Source: an uncultured delta proteobacterium
GTDB taxonomy: Bacteria; Desulfobacterota; Desulfobacteria; Desulfobacterales; Desulfatirhabdiaceae
Reading direction: 5' to 3'
DNA: 64,000 bases
Assembly (NCBI GenBank): GCA_963789395.1
Contig: CAWBKP010000022.1
Coordinates: 96,001 to 160,000, forward strand
The translations under genes and the position numbers were made by a program. How positions within the stretch are numbered: the stretch's first letter is position 1; each line of letters opens with the position of its first letter. This document shows positions 1 to 10,291 of the stretch, piece by piece. The notes beneath the pieces are model-generated. The model was not told the DNA's origin. It did not search any database and saw only the letters and a list, made by a program, of their open reading frames with translations.

Positions 1-2
1 TC

Positions 3-1829
3 ACATGCCTTAAGTCTCTTTGCAGTATTTGCACTGAATATGAATATGAGGTCCTCCTGCTGGATTCTCTGCCGGAATTGGAAAGCCGGGCGCTTCTGGC
101 CAGGATCAAGGGGGCCAGAGTGGTTCCGGCAGGTCAGGGCATGTCCATGACTGACTTGTGGAATCTCGGGGCAGACATGGCAAGGGGCAAATATGTTGCT
201 TTTCTGGCTGGGGGTCTCTTGCCTTTGTCCGGCTGGCTGGATGAGATGGTCCGAGCCTTCGGAGAGCATGCTGACGTCGGCTTGGTCGGATCTCAGATCA
301 ATCTCCCTGATGGAATTATCTGGGAGGCGGGAGGAGGCGTGGGCGAGGGGGGGGCGTGCTGGCATTTTGGAAGTGGTGTGAATTCATTTGATCCCGAGTT
401 CAGCTATCTGCGGGAGGTGGGTTTTTGTTCGGCGTTGTCTTTTATGATTCCGAGAGATCTTTTTGTGCAGGTTGGGGGAATTTCAAACAATGCCCGTGGA
501 AATTTGATTCAGGCCGGAGTGCTTTTATCTGCGGCAGTCCGCTTGGCAGGCCGGAAAGTTCTCTATAATCCCTTGTCGAAAACCGTTATTTTTTCCAGGC
601 CTGAAGAAAATCCTTGGATAAATATCAGAGGGCATTGCCGGGTCAACCGACAGCATGTCGATCAAAAGAGTGTACAAACAGCCCAATCAAGTTGCCAGGA
701 TTTCGTTTCAGCCGGTAAAGTGCTGTTTATTGATGTCAGAACGCCCACGCCGGACCAGGATTCCGGTTCGCTGGATATTGTTTCCTATTTCAATATCTTT
801 CAAACCCTTGGCCTTGAGATTACGTTTATTCCGGCAGCGGATCTTCAATTTTTGGAAAAATATACTCCCGATTTGCAGCGGATGGGAGTGCGATGTCTTT
901 ATGCGCCGTTTGTTCGCGGGATTTCCGGTTATCTTAAGTCTCATGGTCGGGAATATGATCTGGTTCTACTTTATAAGGTGCATTGTGCCGCATGTATTTT
1001 GGACTTGGTCAGGCGATACTGTCCAAAAGCCAAGATCATTTTTGATACGGTGGATCTCCATTTTGTTCGAGAGCAGAGGCAGGCTGTGATTGAAGGCTCT
1101 CAGGAACTTCAGGAAAATGCAGAAAAAACAAAACTTCTGGAGTTGTCGGTAATCCGGAAGACCGACTGCACCATCGTACTAAGTGCTGCGGAACGAGAGA
1201 TTCTTCTTAAGGAGCCCGATGTCGCTGGTGAAAAAATTGCTGTAATACCCCTGATCCGAAAGATTCCGGGACGGGGAAATTCTTTTTCTGCCAGAAAGGA
1301 CATATTGTTCGTGGGGGGGTTCGAGCACCGTGCCAATGTGGATGCCGTGCTCTCTTTTGTCCGCCTTGTCTGGCCGTTGATCAAGAAAAGCCTGCCGAAT
1401 ATTGTATTCTATATCGTCGGAAGTAAACCGCCACAAGAAATATTGGATCTGGCCGGAGAGGATGTGATTGTTACGGGGTATCTTTCTGATATTTCGTCCT
1501 ATTTCAATGACTGCCGGCTTTCCGTGGCGCCGCTTCGATACGGGGCCGGCTTGAAGGGAAAGGTCGCTACCAGCTTCAGTTACGGTCTGCCTTGCGTGGC
1601 ATCTTCCGTTGCAGTAGAAGGCTTCGGCCTCAAACCGGGAGAAGATATCCTGGTGGCTGACAAACCTGAGGAATTTGCTGCGGCCGTAATTCGTCTCTAT
1701 GGGAATGAAGCCCTGTGGAACAGGTTGTCCGATAATGGGCTTGACTTCATGAAACAGCATTTTTCTTATGCAGCCGGCCGGAAGAGGCTTGAAAGGTTGC
1801 TGCGGGAACTTGGCGTGCTGAAAGGATGA
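3..1829 (+). CDS. Multidomain glycosyltransferase (GT2-like plus GT4), 5'-truncated by the window edge
   Basis: Frame is open from base 3 (TCLKSL...EYEVLLLD). GT2-like N-part, then PTPDQDSGS and the C-terminal GT-B motifs FVGGFEHRANVDA and PLRYGAGLKGK. Confidence 0.85.
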   Translation, partial: TCLKSLCSICTEYEYEVLLLDSLPELESRALLARIKGARVVPAGQGMSMTDLWNLGADMARGKYVAFLAGGLLPLSGWLDEMVRAFGEHADVGLVGSQINLPDGIIWEAGGGVGEGGACWHFGSGVNSFDPEFSYLREVGFCSALSFMIPRDLFVQVGGISNNARGNLIQAGVLLSAAVRLAGRKVLYNPLSKTVIFSRPEENPWINIRGHCRVNRQHVDQKSVQTAQSSCQDFVSAGKVLFIDVRTPTPDQDSGSLDIVSYFNIFQTLGLEITFIPAADLQFLEKYTPDLQRMGVRCLYAPFVRGISGYLKSHGREYDLVLLYKVHCAACILDLVRRYCPKAKIIFDTVDLHFVREQRQAVIEGSQELQENAEKTKLLELSVIRKTDCTIVLSAAEREILLKEPDVAGEKIAVIPLIRKIPGRGNSFSARKDILFVGGFEHRANVDAVLSFVRLVWPLIKKSLPNIVFYIVGSKPPQEILDLAGEDVIVTGYLSDISSYFNDCRLSVAPLRYGAGLKGKVATSFSYGLPCVASSVAVEGFGLKPGEDILVADKPEEFAAAVIRLYGNEALWNRLSDNGLDFMKQHFSYAAGRKRLERLLRELGVLKG

Positions 1830-1995
1830 TTGCTTTCACTGCTTGCCATTGCAAAATAGGCCGCATTGGGCTTATGTCCTTGACAGCATCCGCGACTGTT
1901 GTTAAACAAAAACGCTCAAAAAGCGATTTCATTTCGTCACCACCCAATTAAATTCATAATTTGCCAGGCGGTTATAAAAGCGAAAATCCGAGACC

Positions 1996-3423
1996 ATGCA
2001 GATACCTCAAGATGTGCCAGTCTTGTCCCCAATGGAATCCCAAGAGTCAGTCACACCAATGTCTGTGAATTCAGATAACGCCATTCAGAAGGCGGAAGCT
2101 GATTTTCGGGTGTCGGTAGTGATTCCATTATACAACCACGAGAAATATATTGAAGCCGCGATAGAGAGTGTCCTGTCGCAAACACTGCGTCCGGCTGAAA
2201 TCATTATCATTGACGATGGCTCAGTCGATGGTTCAGCGGGAAAAGTGCGCCGATTATGCAAAGATCATCCTGAAATCATTTTCTGGTCATGGCCCAATCA
2301 AGGTGCTCACCACACCTTGAATGCAGCGATTCTTCGGGCGACTGGGGATTTTGTGGCCATTCTGAACTCGGACGATTGCTACCACCCGCAACGCCTGGCT
2401 GCCTGTTTGGCCGTTGTTCAGTCCGACCCATCCATTGATATCGTAGTGACGGGGATGTCGTTTTTGGATGGTCAGGGCAACGATGTGGAAAACCCCTGGT
2501 ACGAGAACGCATTGTCATTCTTTAAGCAGGTGGGGGATTTATCTCTGGGGCTTTTCCATGCGAACTTTATTGTGACGACTTCAAATCTCTTTATCAGACG
2601 ATCCGTATTTGATTGGATAGGTTGCTTTTCTCCGTTGCGGTACGCTCATGATCTGGAGTTTTGCTTACGGCTTATCTTGGGGAAAAGGCATATCCATTTT
2701 CTGGATCGCCCGCTTTTGTTTTATCGGTTGCATGAAGCCAATACGATAGTTGAAAATAAAGCCAAAGTGGACGTCGAGTGTGCTGCGATATTGGCTTTTT
2801 TCCTTCATCGACAAGGACTTGCAATCGGAACGGATGAAACGTCTGGTCTCTGGTTAGAACCTTATGTAGAGGTTTTGGGGCAGCAGGAGCTCCTGGAGAT
2901 GGTTGAGAAGTTCCTTGCAATTCTTGAAGGACGATATCATAGAAAGAATGGCGCTGTTACCGATTCCCTGCCGTCGGATTTTCTGAATTTTCTATCCCGG
3001 CTTGGGGCGGACTTGGTGATGCATGATGCCAATGGCCTTTTTTGGGATCAGTTCGTCTCGGAAAGAAATGCTTATTTTCAACGAAAGGCAATCGCCGGCG
3101 GTGATCCAAAGCTTGTTTCCGAATTAAAGGCGAATATACAGTGGCTTACCGAGCAATGCGACTCCTGGAAGAAAACGGCGGAGAATCATGAGGAGCATTG
3201 CAAAACGTTGAATCATGAGATTGCGGAAATGCGTGTTGGCAACGCCTGGTTGACCCGGCAGTGCGATGCCTGGGAAAGAGAAGCAAAAACATTAAGTGCT
3301 GAGTTTGTAAAATGCTTAACCGCTTTACAACGTCTGCAGCGAAGCCGGATTTACAGGTTGTTGAACTTTGTAAAAATACTGAAGATAGATTACGTTCCTT
3401 CAAACTCCACTCCAGCTGATTGA
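1996..3423 (+). CDS. GT2 glycosyltransferase with C-terminal coiled coil
   Basis: VSVVIPLYNHEKYI, IIIDDGS, LNSDD motifs; the C-terminus has a Trp-containing repeat in heptad register. Confidence 0.85.
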   Translation: MQIPQDVPVLSPMESQESVTPMSVNSDNAIQKAEADFRVSVVIPLYNHEKYIEAAIESVLSQTLRPAEIIIIDDGSVDGSAGKVRRLCKDHPEIIFWSWPNQGAHHTLNAAILRATGDFVAILNSDDCYHPQRLAACLAVVQSDPSIDIVVTGMSFLDGQGNDVENPWYENALSFFKQVGDLSLGLFHANFIVTTSNLFIRRSVFDWIGCFSPLRYAHDLEFCLRLILGKRHIHFLDRPLLFYRLHEANTIVENKAKVDVECAAILAFFLHRQGLAIGTDETSGLWLEPYVEVLGQQELLEMVEKFLAILEGRYHRKNGAVTDSLPSDFLNFLSRLGADLVMHDANGLFWDQFVSERNAYFQRKAIAGGDPKLVSELKANIQWLTEQCDSWKKTAENHEEHCKTLNHEIAEMRVGNAWLTRQCDAWEREAKTLSAEFVKCLTALQRLQRSRIYRLLNFVKILKIDYVPSNSTPAD

Positions 3424-3462
3424 ATTCATTATCCTTATATTCTGTTCTGAAAGGAGCAGCTG

Positions 3463-4341
3463 ATGACATTTCGCCAACAACGGTTTCGAAGGTTATTTCA
3501 GCCAGAGAGTTTCAGAGAATTCCGAAGTCACTATGAGGGCATCAATCCGGACCGTCCTTTAGAAACTGCAGGAATCCGTTATTCCCAAACCGATCCTCTT
3601 TTTCAGGCTTTTGTAAAAGAAGCTGCGGAATCCGAGGCGTTCATTGACGAATTTCTGCCTCAGCTTGGTATGTTCCTGCAAGGGCCATTCCCGTTGCCTG
3701 GTCGTCGTACCACCCGCAGTGCCTGGGACTGCCGCGGCAAATCGGCCGCCTATCGGATCTGCGGTATCGACGCCAAAAGCGTTGGTGGCAAGCGCACACT
3801 CGATATCGGCTGCAATGCCGGTTATGACACCTTTTACATGAATGCGCTTGGAGCAGCCGAGTCGGTTGGCATAGAACCCAATCCGTTTTACCTGCATGCA
3901 ATGTTTCTAGATGCCGTTTATGACCGCCCTGGAGTATCTTTTTTCAATGCGGGTTGGGAAGATCTGCATCGAACCTGTCTCGGGGATTTCGATTGGGTCA
4001 GCTGTCTGGGTTTGATCTATCACATCCGGGAGCCCATGCACCTGCTGGAAAAGATCGCGTCTGTAATGTGTCCGGGTTCCAGGCTGTTGATGGAAACCCA
4101 TGTTCTTTCTGAATCCTCGCTTCAGGCTTATTTCATTGAGGATGCGTTCTGGGGAGATGTTACGTATTGGTGGATTTTCGGGGACGAGTGTCTGATGGGA
4201 ATGTTGCGTTCGAGCGGATTCAAGGAAGTGAAATTGATATTGAAAGCGGATTGCGACAGCCGCAACCCTGCCAATCCCCGCGTGACAATAGAAGGCCATC
4301 CTGCCGGCGCACGTGCTTGGATCACTGCGACAAGGTCATAG
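3463..4341 (+). CDS. Class I SAM-dependent methyltransferase (CmoB/DUF1698-like)
   Basis: TLDIGCNAG motif I, GIEP motif II, FDWVSCLGLIYH. Confidence 0.8.
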   Translation: MTFRQQRFRRLFQPESFREFRSHYEGINPDRPLETAGIRYSQTDPLFQAFVKEAAESEAFIDEFLPQLGMFLQGPFPLPGRRTTRSAWDCRGKSAAYRICGIDAKSVGGKRTLDIGCNAGYDTFYMNALGAAESVGIEPNPFYLHAMFLDAVYDRPGVSFFNAGWEDLHRTCLGDFDWVSCLGLIYHIREPMHLLEKIASVMCPGSRLLMETHVLSESSLQAYFIEDAFWGDVTYWWIFGDECLMGMLRSSGFKEVKLILKADCDSRNPANPRVTIEGHPAGARAWITATRS

Positions 4342-4342
4342 C

Positions 4343-6610
4343 ATGATCAATCCTGAGCAACCTGATTACGCGAATACACCGGTCGCGCCGGGGCGACCGA
4401 GGTTTCCGTATCGTTCTGCCGAGGTAACCCCGACGCCGACGGTTTCGGTTATTACGCCTTACTACAACACAGACCGGGTCTTTCTGGAAACTGCCGAGTC
4501 TCTTCTCGGCCAGTCTTTCCAGGATTTCGAGTGGATTATTGTCGATGACGGCAGCAATGACAATGATTCATTGGCCAGGCTGCAGGCTACGCGGGAGTGT
4601 GATGTCCGCATCACGGTAATCGTTCAAGAAAATGGCGGTCCTGCAGCAGCTCGCAATACGGCGTTCAGACATTGCTCGGGGCGTTATATCTGCCTGCTCG
4701 ACAGTGACGATATGGTAGAGCCGACTTTCATTGAAAAATGCGTGTGGTTTCTCGAGTCTAACCCCGGCTTTGGATTTTGCAATACCTGGTCGGTGAATTT
4801 CGGGGATAATGAATTTCTCTGGCGTGTCGGTTTCGAACAAGCAAGTGCGCACCTTCGGGCCAACAGCGGCCCTCCCATTTCGGTTGTGCGCAGGGAGGCT
4901 TTCGAAGCTGGAGGCGGCTTCGACGAGTCGATACGCTTTGGCCATGAGGACTGGGATTTTTGGCTGTCGCTGGCTAAGGCCGGATACTGGGGGCATACGC
5001 TGCCGGAGTTTCAGGAGTGGTACAGAAAACGCTCCAGTGGGCGCTTCCATCAGGTGATGAATTCGAATTCAGTGCATCGGGATTTCGAGTCATTAATCGC
5101 GCGGAAATACGCGACACTGCAATCCAATTTCCCGGTACCCGCCATCAAGCCTTTGCAACCTTATGAGAACGTGCCTTGCGAAATCCCTTTTAAAAATCAG
5201 CTCGCCAGGCCGGAAAATATTCGAAGGATACTCTTTCTGGTGCCCTGGATGGTTACGGGTGGAGCCGACAGGGTCAACCTGGATTGGATTGCGGCATTGT
5301 CCCGTAATGGTTATCAGGTAACAGTCTGCGCGACGCTGAAGGCAGATCATAATTGGTATTCCGAATTTGCGAGACTGACGCCTGACATTTTTATCCTGCC
5401 GAATTTTTTACGCTGTGCAGACTATCCACGATTCCTGCGTTATCTGATCCATTCTCGCAGGATCGAAACGGTTTTGGTTACCGCCAGCACCTTCGGTTAC
5501 CTGCTCTTGCCGTTTTTACGGGCACAGTTCCCGGAGACGACATTTGTCGATCTGTGCCATGTCGAAGAGCCGCACTGGCTGAACGGTGGTCATCCGCGCT
5601 TCGGGGTAGGATACCAGGAGATGCTGGATCTGAACATCGTTACGACCTCGAAACTGCGGGATTCGATGGTAAGTCGCGGAGCCGATCCGGGACGAATCCA
5701 GGTGTGTTATAGCGGAATTGATATTTCAAAACTTGATAACAGTTCTTTGGCAAAAGAACAGGCACGTGATGCGCTGGGGCTTTCTGCAGACATTCCGGTT
5801 GTTGTGTTTGCGGGTCGAATATGTGAGCAGAAACGGCCGCTGCTATTGGCGGACATCCTGCAGGGACTTGCCTCCCGCAGGGCGAAATTCCAAGCGTTGG
5901 TCATCGGAGATGGCGAAATGCGGCCGGCACTCGAAAACAGGCTTAATGAAGCAAAGCTGATGTCCAGGGTGCGCATGATGGGAACTGTTGGACATAAAGA
6001 CTGGCTGCAGGCCTTGGCGGCTTCCGATGTTTTCCTGTTACCCTCCCGGTATGAAGGCATATCTGTGGCATTGTTGGAAGCCATGGGAATGGGAGTGGTG
6101 CCCGTCACCGCTGCCGTGGGAGGACAGAACGAATTATTTGATGCGGATTGCGGATTTCTGATTCCCTGCAGCGATAGTGAACTGGATGCGTATGTGGATG
6201 CCGTGTCCCGTCTGGTAAACGATATCCCGCTGCGGCAAGGCATGGGAAGGGCTGCCCGTGAGTGGGTTTTAGAAAAGTTCAGCCTGGATGCGAGTACGAC
6301 AGGTTTACTGGCTGCGCTCGAACTGGCGCACAAGCTGGCCGATACTCAGCCGCGCATATTGGTACCCCGGGGATTCGCGCAGGAATTGGCGACACTCGCC
6401 GTTGAATACACTCGGCTGAACGAGATGGTAGACTTTCTTTGGTGTCAGTGGACCGGACCTGGCGGGAAGCCTCTTGCATTCGGCTTTCTGCATAATTTGT
6501 TGGAGAGATCGTTATCCTTTGCAGGTTCAACACGCATTGGGGCAGTGCTGCTTCGCAGTCGCCGTCGCTTGATGGGTATGGTCCGAAGGCTGATCATCAA
6601 GCTGAGATAA
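4343..6610 (+). CDS. Bifunctional GT2 + GT4 glycosyltransferase
   Basis: VSVITPYYN/VDDGS/LDSDD/EDWD (GT2), then TGGADRV, GRICEQKRP, PSRYEGISVALLEAM (GT4). ATG at 4343 follows the previous stop directly. Confidence 0.9.
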   Translation: MINPEQPDYANTPVAPGRPRFPYRSAEVTPTPTVSVITPYYNTDRVFLETAESLLGQSFQDFEWIIVDDGSNDNDSLARLQATRECDVRITVIVQENGGPAAARNTAFRHCSGRYICLLDSDDMVEPTFIEKCVWFLESNPGFGFCNTWSVNFGDNEFLWRVGFEQASAHLRANSGPPISVVRREAFEAGGGFDESIRFGHEDWDFWLSLAKAGYWGHTLPEFQEWYRKRSSGRFHQVMNSNSVHRDFESLIARKYATLQSNFPVPAIKPLQPYENVPCEIPFKNQLARPENIRRILFLVPWMVTGGADRVNLDWIAALSRNGYQVTVCATLKADHNWYSEFARLTPDIFILPNFLRCADYPRFLRYLIHSRRIETVLVTASTFGYLLLPFLRAQFPETTFVDLCHVEEPHWLNGGHPRFGVGYQEMLDLNIVTTSKLRDSMVSRGADPGRIQVCYSGIDISKLDNSSLAKEQARDALGLSADIPVVVFAGRICEQKRPLLLADILQGLASRRAKFQALVIGDGEMRPALENRLNEAKLMSRVRMMGTVGHKDWLQALAASDVFLLPSRYEGISVALLEAMGMGVVPVTAAVGGQNELFDADCGFLIPCSDSELDAYVDAVSRLVNDIPLRQGMGRAAREWVLEKFSLDASTTGLLAALELAHKLADTQPRILVPRGFAQELATLAVEYTRLNEMVDFLWCQWTGPGGKPLAFGFLHNLLERSLSFAGSTRIGAVLLRSRRRLMGMVRRLIIKLR

Positions 6611-6863
6611 CAGCAATATTCATCCGATCGGCGGCGCGTGGGTAAAGATTTTTTTGACCCTTCATCAGAAAACATTTTGGTTGCCATGAATTCTACACCC
6701 GTTAAGTTGAATCAACTTACCCCGTGGCTGCGATGGTCGCGGTTCCCCATTCTGGCGGACCGTTTGGTTTCAGCGCAAGCTTCACCAAGACATCCTTTTT
6801 TCTGCAAGGCGTTTTGTTGTCTTGACGCCATCACATGCTTCAAAATTGCTCCGCGCTGAAAGG

Positions 6864-7826
6864 ATGGTTTCTTCCATGCAGTGTCTGAAGAAGTTTGTTT
6901 GTCATTGGAAGCATCGTGCTTTTTATCGCTTTTTCAGAGCTGAAAACATCATATCGGGCCAGCCTGCTCCGATAATAAATACCAGGATTGCATCATTTGG
7001 CGAATATCTCTGTTATGTTCGATCCATGGCCGGTGAATATGAAAGCCGAAATCTTAAGGAGATGGCATTACTGGAGCGGCAGGAATTTTTTTTTGTACCA
7101 GGGTTCTGTTTTGTGTGCGGCCAACCGGTTTCATTTCTGGCGGATTACAGCAATGGATTCGAGAATGCGGATGGCCGCCGGATACCTAATTGGCGTGAAT
7201 GCCTGATTTGTCCGGGATGCCGGTTAAACAACCGAATGCGGGCCGCGATTCACCTCTTCCATGAACTGTGTCGTCCTCAACCCGATTGCGCGCTTTATAT
7301 CACGGAGCAGACAACACCAATGTACAGGTGGTTCAAAAGAACTTTTTCCAATGTTGTGGGCAGTGAATTTTTAACAGCGAACTGTTCTATCGGATCTAAA
7401 TATATAAAGGGAATCCGACATGAAGACCTGACCAGGCTTTCCTTTGCGGATGCACAATTCGATTTTGTACTTTCCTTCGATGTCTTTGAACATATTCCTG
7501 ATTACAGGAAGGCTTTTCGCGAATGCCGGCGGGTGCTAAAAAAAGGCGGAGTCTTGTTCTTCACCATACCGTTTGATCTGAATTCAGCCGGAAACGTCAT
7601 CCGGGCCGAAATACAGCCTGACGGATCCACACACCATCTCCTGCCGCCGGAGTTCCATGGAGATCCGCTGCAGGAAAGTGGTTGTCTGTGTTTTCGTCAT
7701 TTCGGATGGGAGTGCCTGGATGAATTGAAGGCTGATGGATTTTCTGATGCTGCCGGTTATTTTTACTGGTCGCGGGAATATGGATACCTGGGCGGAGATC
7801 AGTTTGTTTTTTTCTCCAGGGCCTGA
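6864..7826 (+). CDS. SAM-dependent methyltransferase with N-terminal CxxC...CxxC motifs
   Basis: CFVC and CPGC pairs; EDLTRLSFADAQFDFVLSFDVFEH; RVLKKGG. Start codon uncertain (6822, 6864 or 6876). Confidence 0.75.
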   Translation: MVSSMQCLKKFVCHWKHRAFYRFFRAENIISGQPAPIINTRIASFGEYLCYVRSMAGEYESRNLKEMALLERQEFFFVPGFCFVCGQPVSFLADYSNGFENADGRRIPNWRECLICPGCRLNNRMRAAIHLFHELCRPQPDCALYITEQTTPMYRWFKRTFSNVVGSEFLTANCSIGSKYIKGIRHEDLTRLSFADAQFDFVLSFDVFEHIPDYRKAFRECRRVLKKGGVLFFTIPFDLNSAGNVIRAEIQPDGSTHHLLPPEFHGDPLQESGCLCFRHFGWECLDELKADGFSDAAGYFYWSREYGYLGGDQFVFFSRA

Positions 7827-7931
7827 GGTGGAAAATTGACTATCGGCATTTCGACGTTTTCTGTTGTCGTCTCCGTGTAAGATCATTTGATGGGGGGTTG
7901 AAATTATACAATTCATTCGACAAGTGGCCCG

Positions 7932-9179
7932 ATGAACATCCTTTTCGTAAGCAATCTCTATCCCCCAAATGTGGTGGGGGGATATGAGCGGCTGTGCTAT
8001 GATATGGCATCCGCTCTATCTGTCAGAAACCATAGAATATCCGTTCTGACAAGCAACTTCGGATGCCAGTCGGCAGAATATCCCGGTCAGGAAGTTTATC
8101 GCACGTTACGGCTTCTGGCTGATGCAAGCAATATTTACAGTGCGTATTCACCTACTGAATCTCAAAGAAATGACATAAATGCACATAATATAGCGGTTCT
8201 GGAGCAAAAGTTGGCAGAGATTCGTCCGGATGTCCTCTTTGTCTGGAATCTGTTTTTTTTGGATCCTTCTTTCCTTCATGCCATCCAGGCCGCGGGTTGC
8301 CGAACCGTCTTTCTTTTAACGGACAACTGGCTGATCTTGTTTTTAAGGCCCGGGTTCTGGTATAGATATTATATCGGGGACGTTCTTTCTTCCCGTTCCT
8401 GGACAGCTTCAATTCGTGTGGCGCTTGGACGGCTGCTGACCCGTATCCGCCTAAAAAAACTGCCTATCCATGCCGAGGCGATATTCCCGAGCTTTTTCAT
8501 GCAGGCGTTTTACGAGCAGGCAGGATTCGTAATCCAAAGAACCGCTGTAATCCCCCATGGGGTCAGGCTCACGCTGCATGAGGAAGGTGAGTACCGGGAT
8601 CGGAGGAAACTGGTTGAGAACGGTTGGATTCGACTCCTTTTTGCCGGCAGGATCGTTGAGATGAAGGGAGTGCACACGATCCTGGAAGCCCTGCCGGAAA
8701 TCATCCGGGGGCTGCCGGGTAGCAAGGTCCGGTTGATGGTGTTGGGGGAGGCCAGAGACCGGGAGTATAGGAAAAAGTTAGATGATATGATTCAGGGGAT
8801 GGACCTGGCCGGCGTGGTTGAATTCCATCCGGCGGTTCAAGAATCCGACCTGTTTGGAGTGTTTCATGCCCATGATATCTTTCTTTTTCCTTCCCTTTAT
8901 GAGCCTTTTTCCCTGACCTTGATACATGCCCTGGCATCCGGTATTCCCGTGGTGGCATCGGATGTGGGCGGTAACAAAGAGATCGTATTCCCGGGTCGAA
9001 CCGGGCTCTTATTCTCCAGGGGTGACGCTTTAAGCCTTGCCAAGGCAGTTCTGGATCTGGCAGGCAAACCGACCCTTCGCCAGGCGTTGGCGGTTGCGGC
9101 CAGAAAAGCGTCACGGGAATTCACTTTTCAGACAATGGTTCAACAGGTTGAGGCATATCTGGAAGTGCAGGGGTGTTGA
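7932..9179 (+). CDS. GT4 glycosyltransferase
   Basis: MNILFVSNLYPPNVVGGYE; FAGRIVEMKG; PSLYEPFSLTLIHALASG. Confidence 0.9.
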   Translation: MNILFVSNLYPPNVVGGYERLCYDMASALSVRNHRISVLTSNFGCQSAEYPGQEVYRTLRLLADASNIYSAYSPTESQRNDINAHNIAVLEQKLAEIRPDVLFVWNLFFLDPSFLHAIQAAGCRTVFLLTDNWLILFLRPGFWYRYYIGDVLSSRSWTASIRVALGRLLTRIRLKKLPIHAEAIFPSFFMQAFYEQAGFVIQRTAVIPHGVRLTLHEEGEYRDRRKLVENGWIRLLFAGRIVEMKGVHTILEALPEIIRGLPGSKVRLMVLGEARDREYRKKLDDMIQGMDLAGVVEFHPAVQESDLFGVFHAHDIFLFPSLYEPFSLTLIHALASGIPVVASDVGGNKEIVFPGRTGLLFSRGDALSLAKAVLDLAGKPTLRQALAVAARKASREFTFQTMVQQVEAYLEVQGC

Positions 9180-9205
9180 TGTGAGAGTGAAACAGCAAGG
9201 ACGTT

Positions 9206-10291
9206 GTGATTGTGTTGATGCCTGAAGTAGCCATAATTATCCCGAGTTTGAATGGATTGCATCTGCTGGAAACCTGCCTTCAGTCGATTTACAATCAAAC
9301 ATTTCGCGCATTTGAAGTCATCCTGGTGGACAATGGATCCTGTGATGGAACTGCGGAATGGCTCGAATGCCATTATCCTGCTGTAAAGATTGTCCGGTTC
9401 ACCGTCAACAAAGGATTCAGTGCCGCGGTGAATGAAGGCATCCGCCGATCCGCTTCGCGCTATGTTTTTTTATTGAATAATGATACGGAACTGGAACGCC
9501 GCTGTTTGGAGTCTCTGGTTCAAACAGCGGATGGCGATGAGGGGTATGCTAGCTTTGCCCCAAAAATGATCCGCTATTCCGACCGGAATGTGCTGGATGG
9601 CTTAGGGGACGGGGTTTTCAGGGGTGGCGGCGGATACCGGCTTGGCAACCGGGAACCGGATGGCATGCTGTGGGAACATCCGATGCGTGTTTTTGGCGCA
9701 TGCGCGGGTGCAGCGCTCTATCGCAGGTCTTTTTTTGAAAATGCAGGCATGTTTGATGAGGATTTTTTTGCATATCTTGAGGATGTGGATATCAACTTCC
9801 GGGCGGTGCGTCTGGGGCTTCGGTGTTTGTCCGTACCCGGCGCAAGGGTCTATCACATGGGCAGCCAGACTTCGGGAAGCCGGCTGAATACATTTACGGT
9901 TTCACATACGACCTATAACATGATCCGGGTGGTGATCCATAATTATCCATTATCCATTTTGATCCGCCAATGGCCTGTTATTGTTATGCATCATTTCGGA
10001 TGGTTCGTGCTGATGCTGTTTAGCCGAAATTTTTCAGCCTATCTTAAAGGAATTCGAGAGGCACTGCGTTGCATGCCATCAATGCTGAAGAAACGCCGTC
10101 AGTGGAACATCCGCAAAACGATTCCAGACAGCCATTTCTGGAAGACAGTTACGTGCTCCGAAATCGATGTCATGGCATGCGTCGTGAGGCGAAGAAGGCT
10201 TCAGGGAAAATCCGCCGGGTGGGTAGGGCTTTACATGAAAGTTTTCCTCCATTCGGATACCATCGGGAAAAAGGCGGGTTGCATCGAATGA
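9206..10291 (+). CDS. GT2 glycosyltransferase
   Basis: VDNGSCDGT, NKGFSAAVN, LLNND, FDEDFFAYLEDVD. Confidence 0.9.
   Translation: MIVLMPEVAIIIPSLNGLHLLETCLQSIYNQTFRAFEVILVDNGSCDGTAEWLECHYPAVKIVRFTVNKGFSAAVNEGIRRSASRYVFLLNNDTELERRCLESLVQTADGDEGYASFAPKMIRYSDRNVLDGLGDGVFRGGGGYRLGNREPDGMLWEHPMRVFGACAGAALYRRSFFENAGMFDEDFFAYLEDVDINFRAVRLGLRCLSVPGARVYHMGSQTSGSRLNTFTVSHTTYNMIRVVIHNYPLSILIRQWPVIVMHHFGWFVLMLFSRNFSAYLKGIREALRCMPSMLKKRRQWNIRKTIPDSHFWKTVTCSEIDVMACVVRRRRLQGKSAGWVGLYMKVFLHSDTIGKKAGCIE

Noticed and set aside
1960..1980. RfaH ops element in the glycan cluster
   Set aside because: GGCGGTTA matches GGCGGTAG only partly and the flanking consensus is missing.
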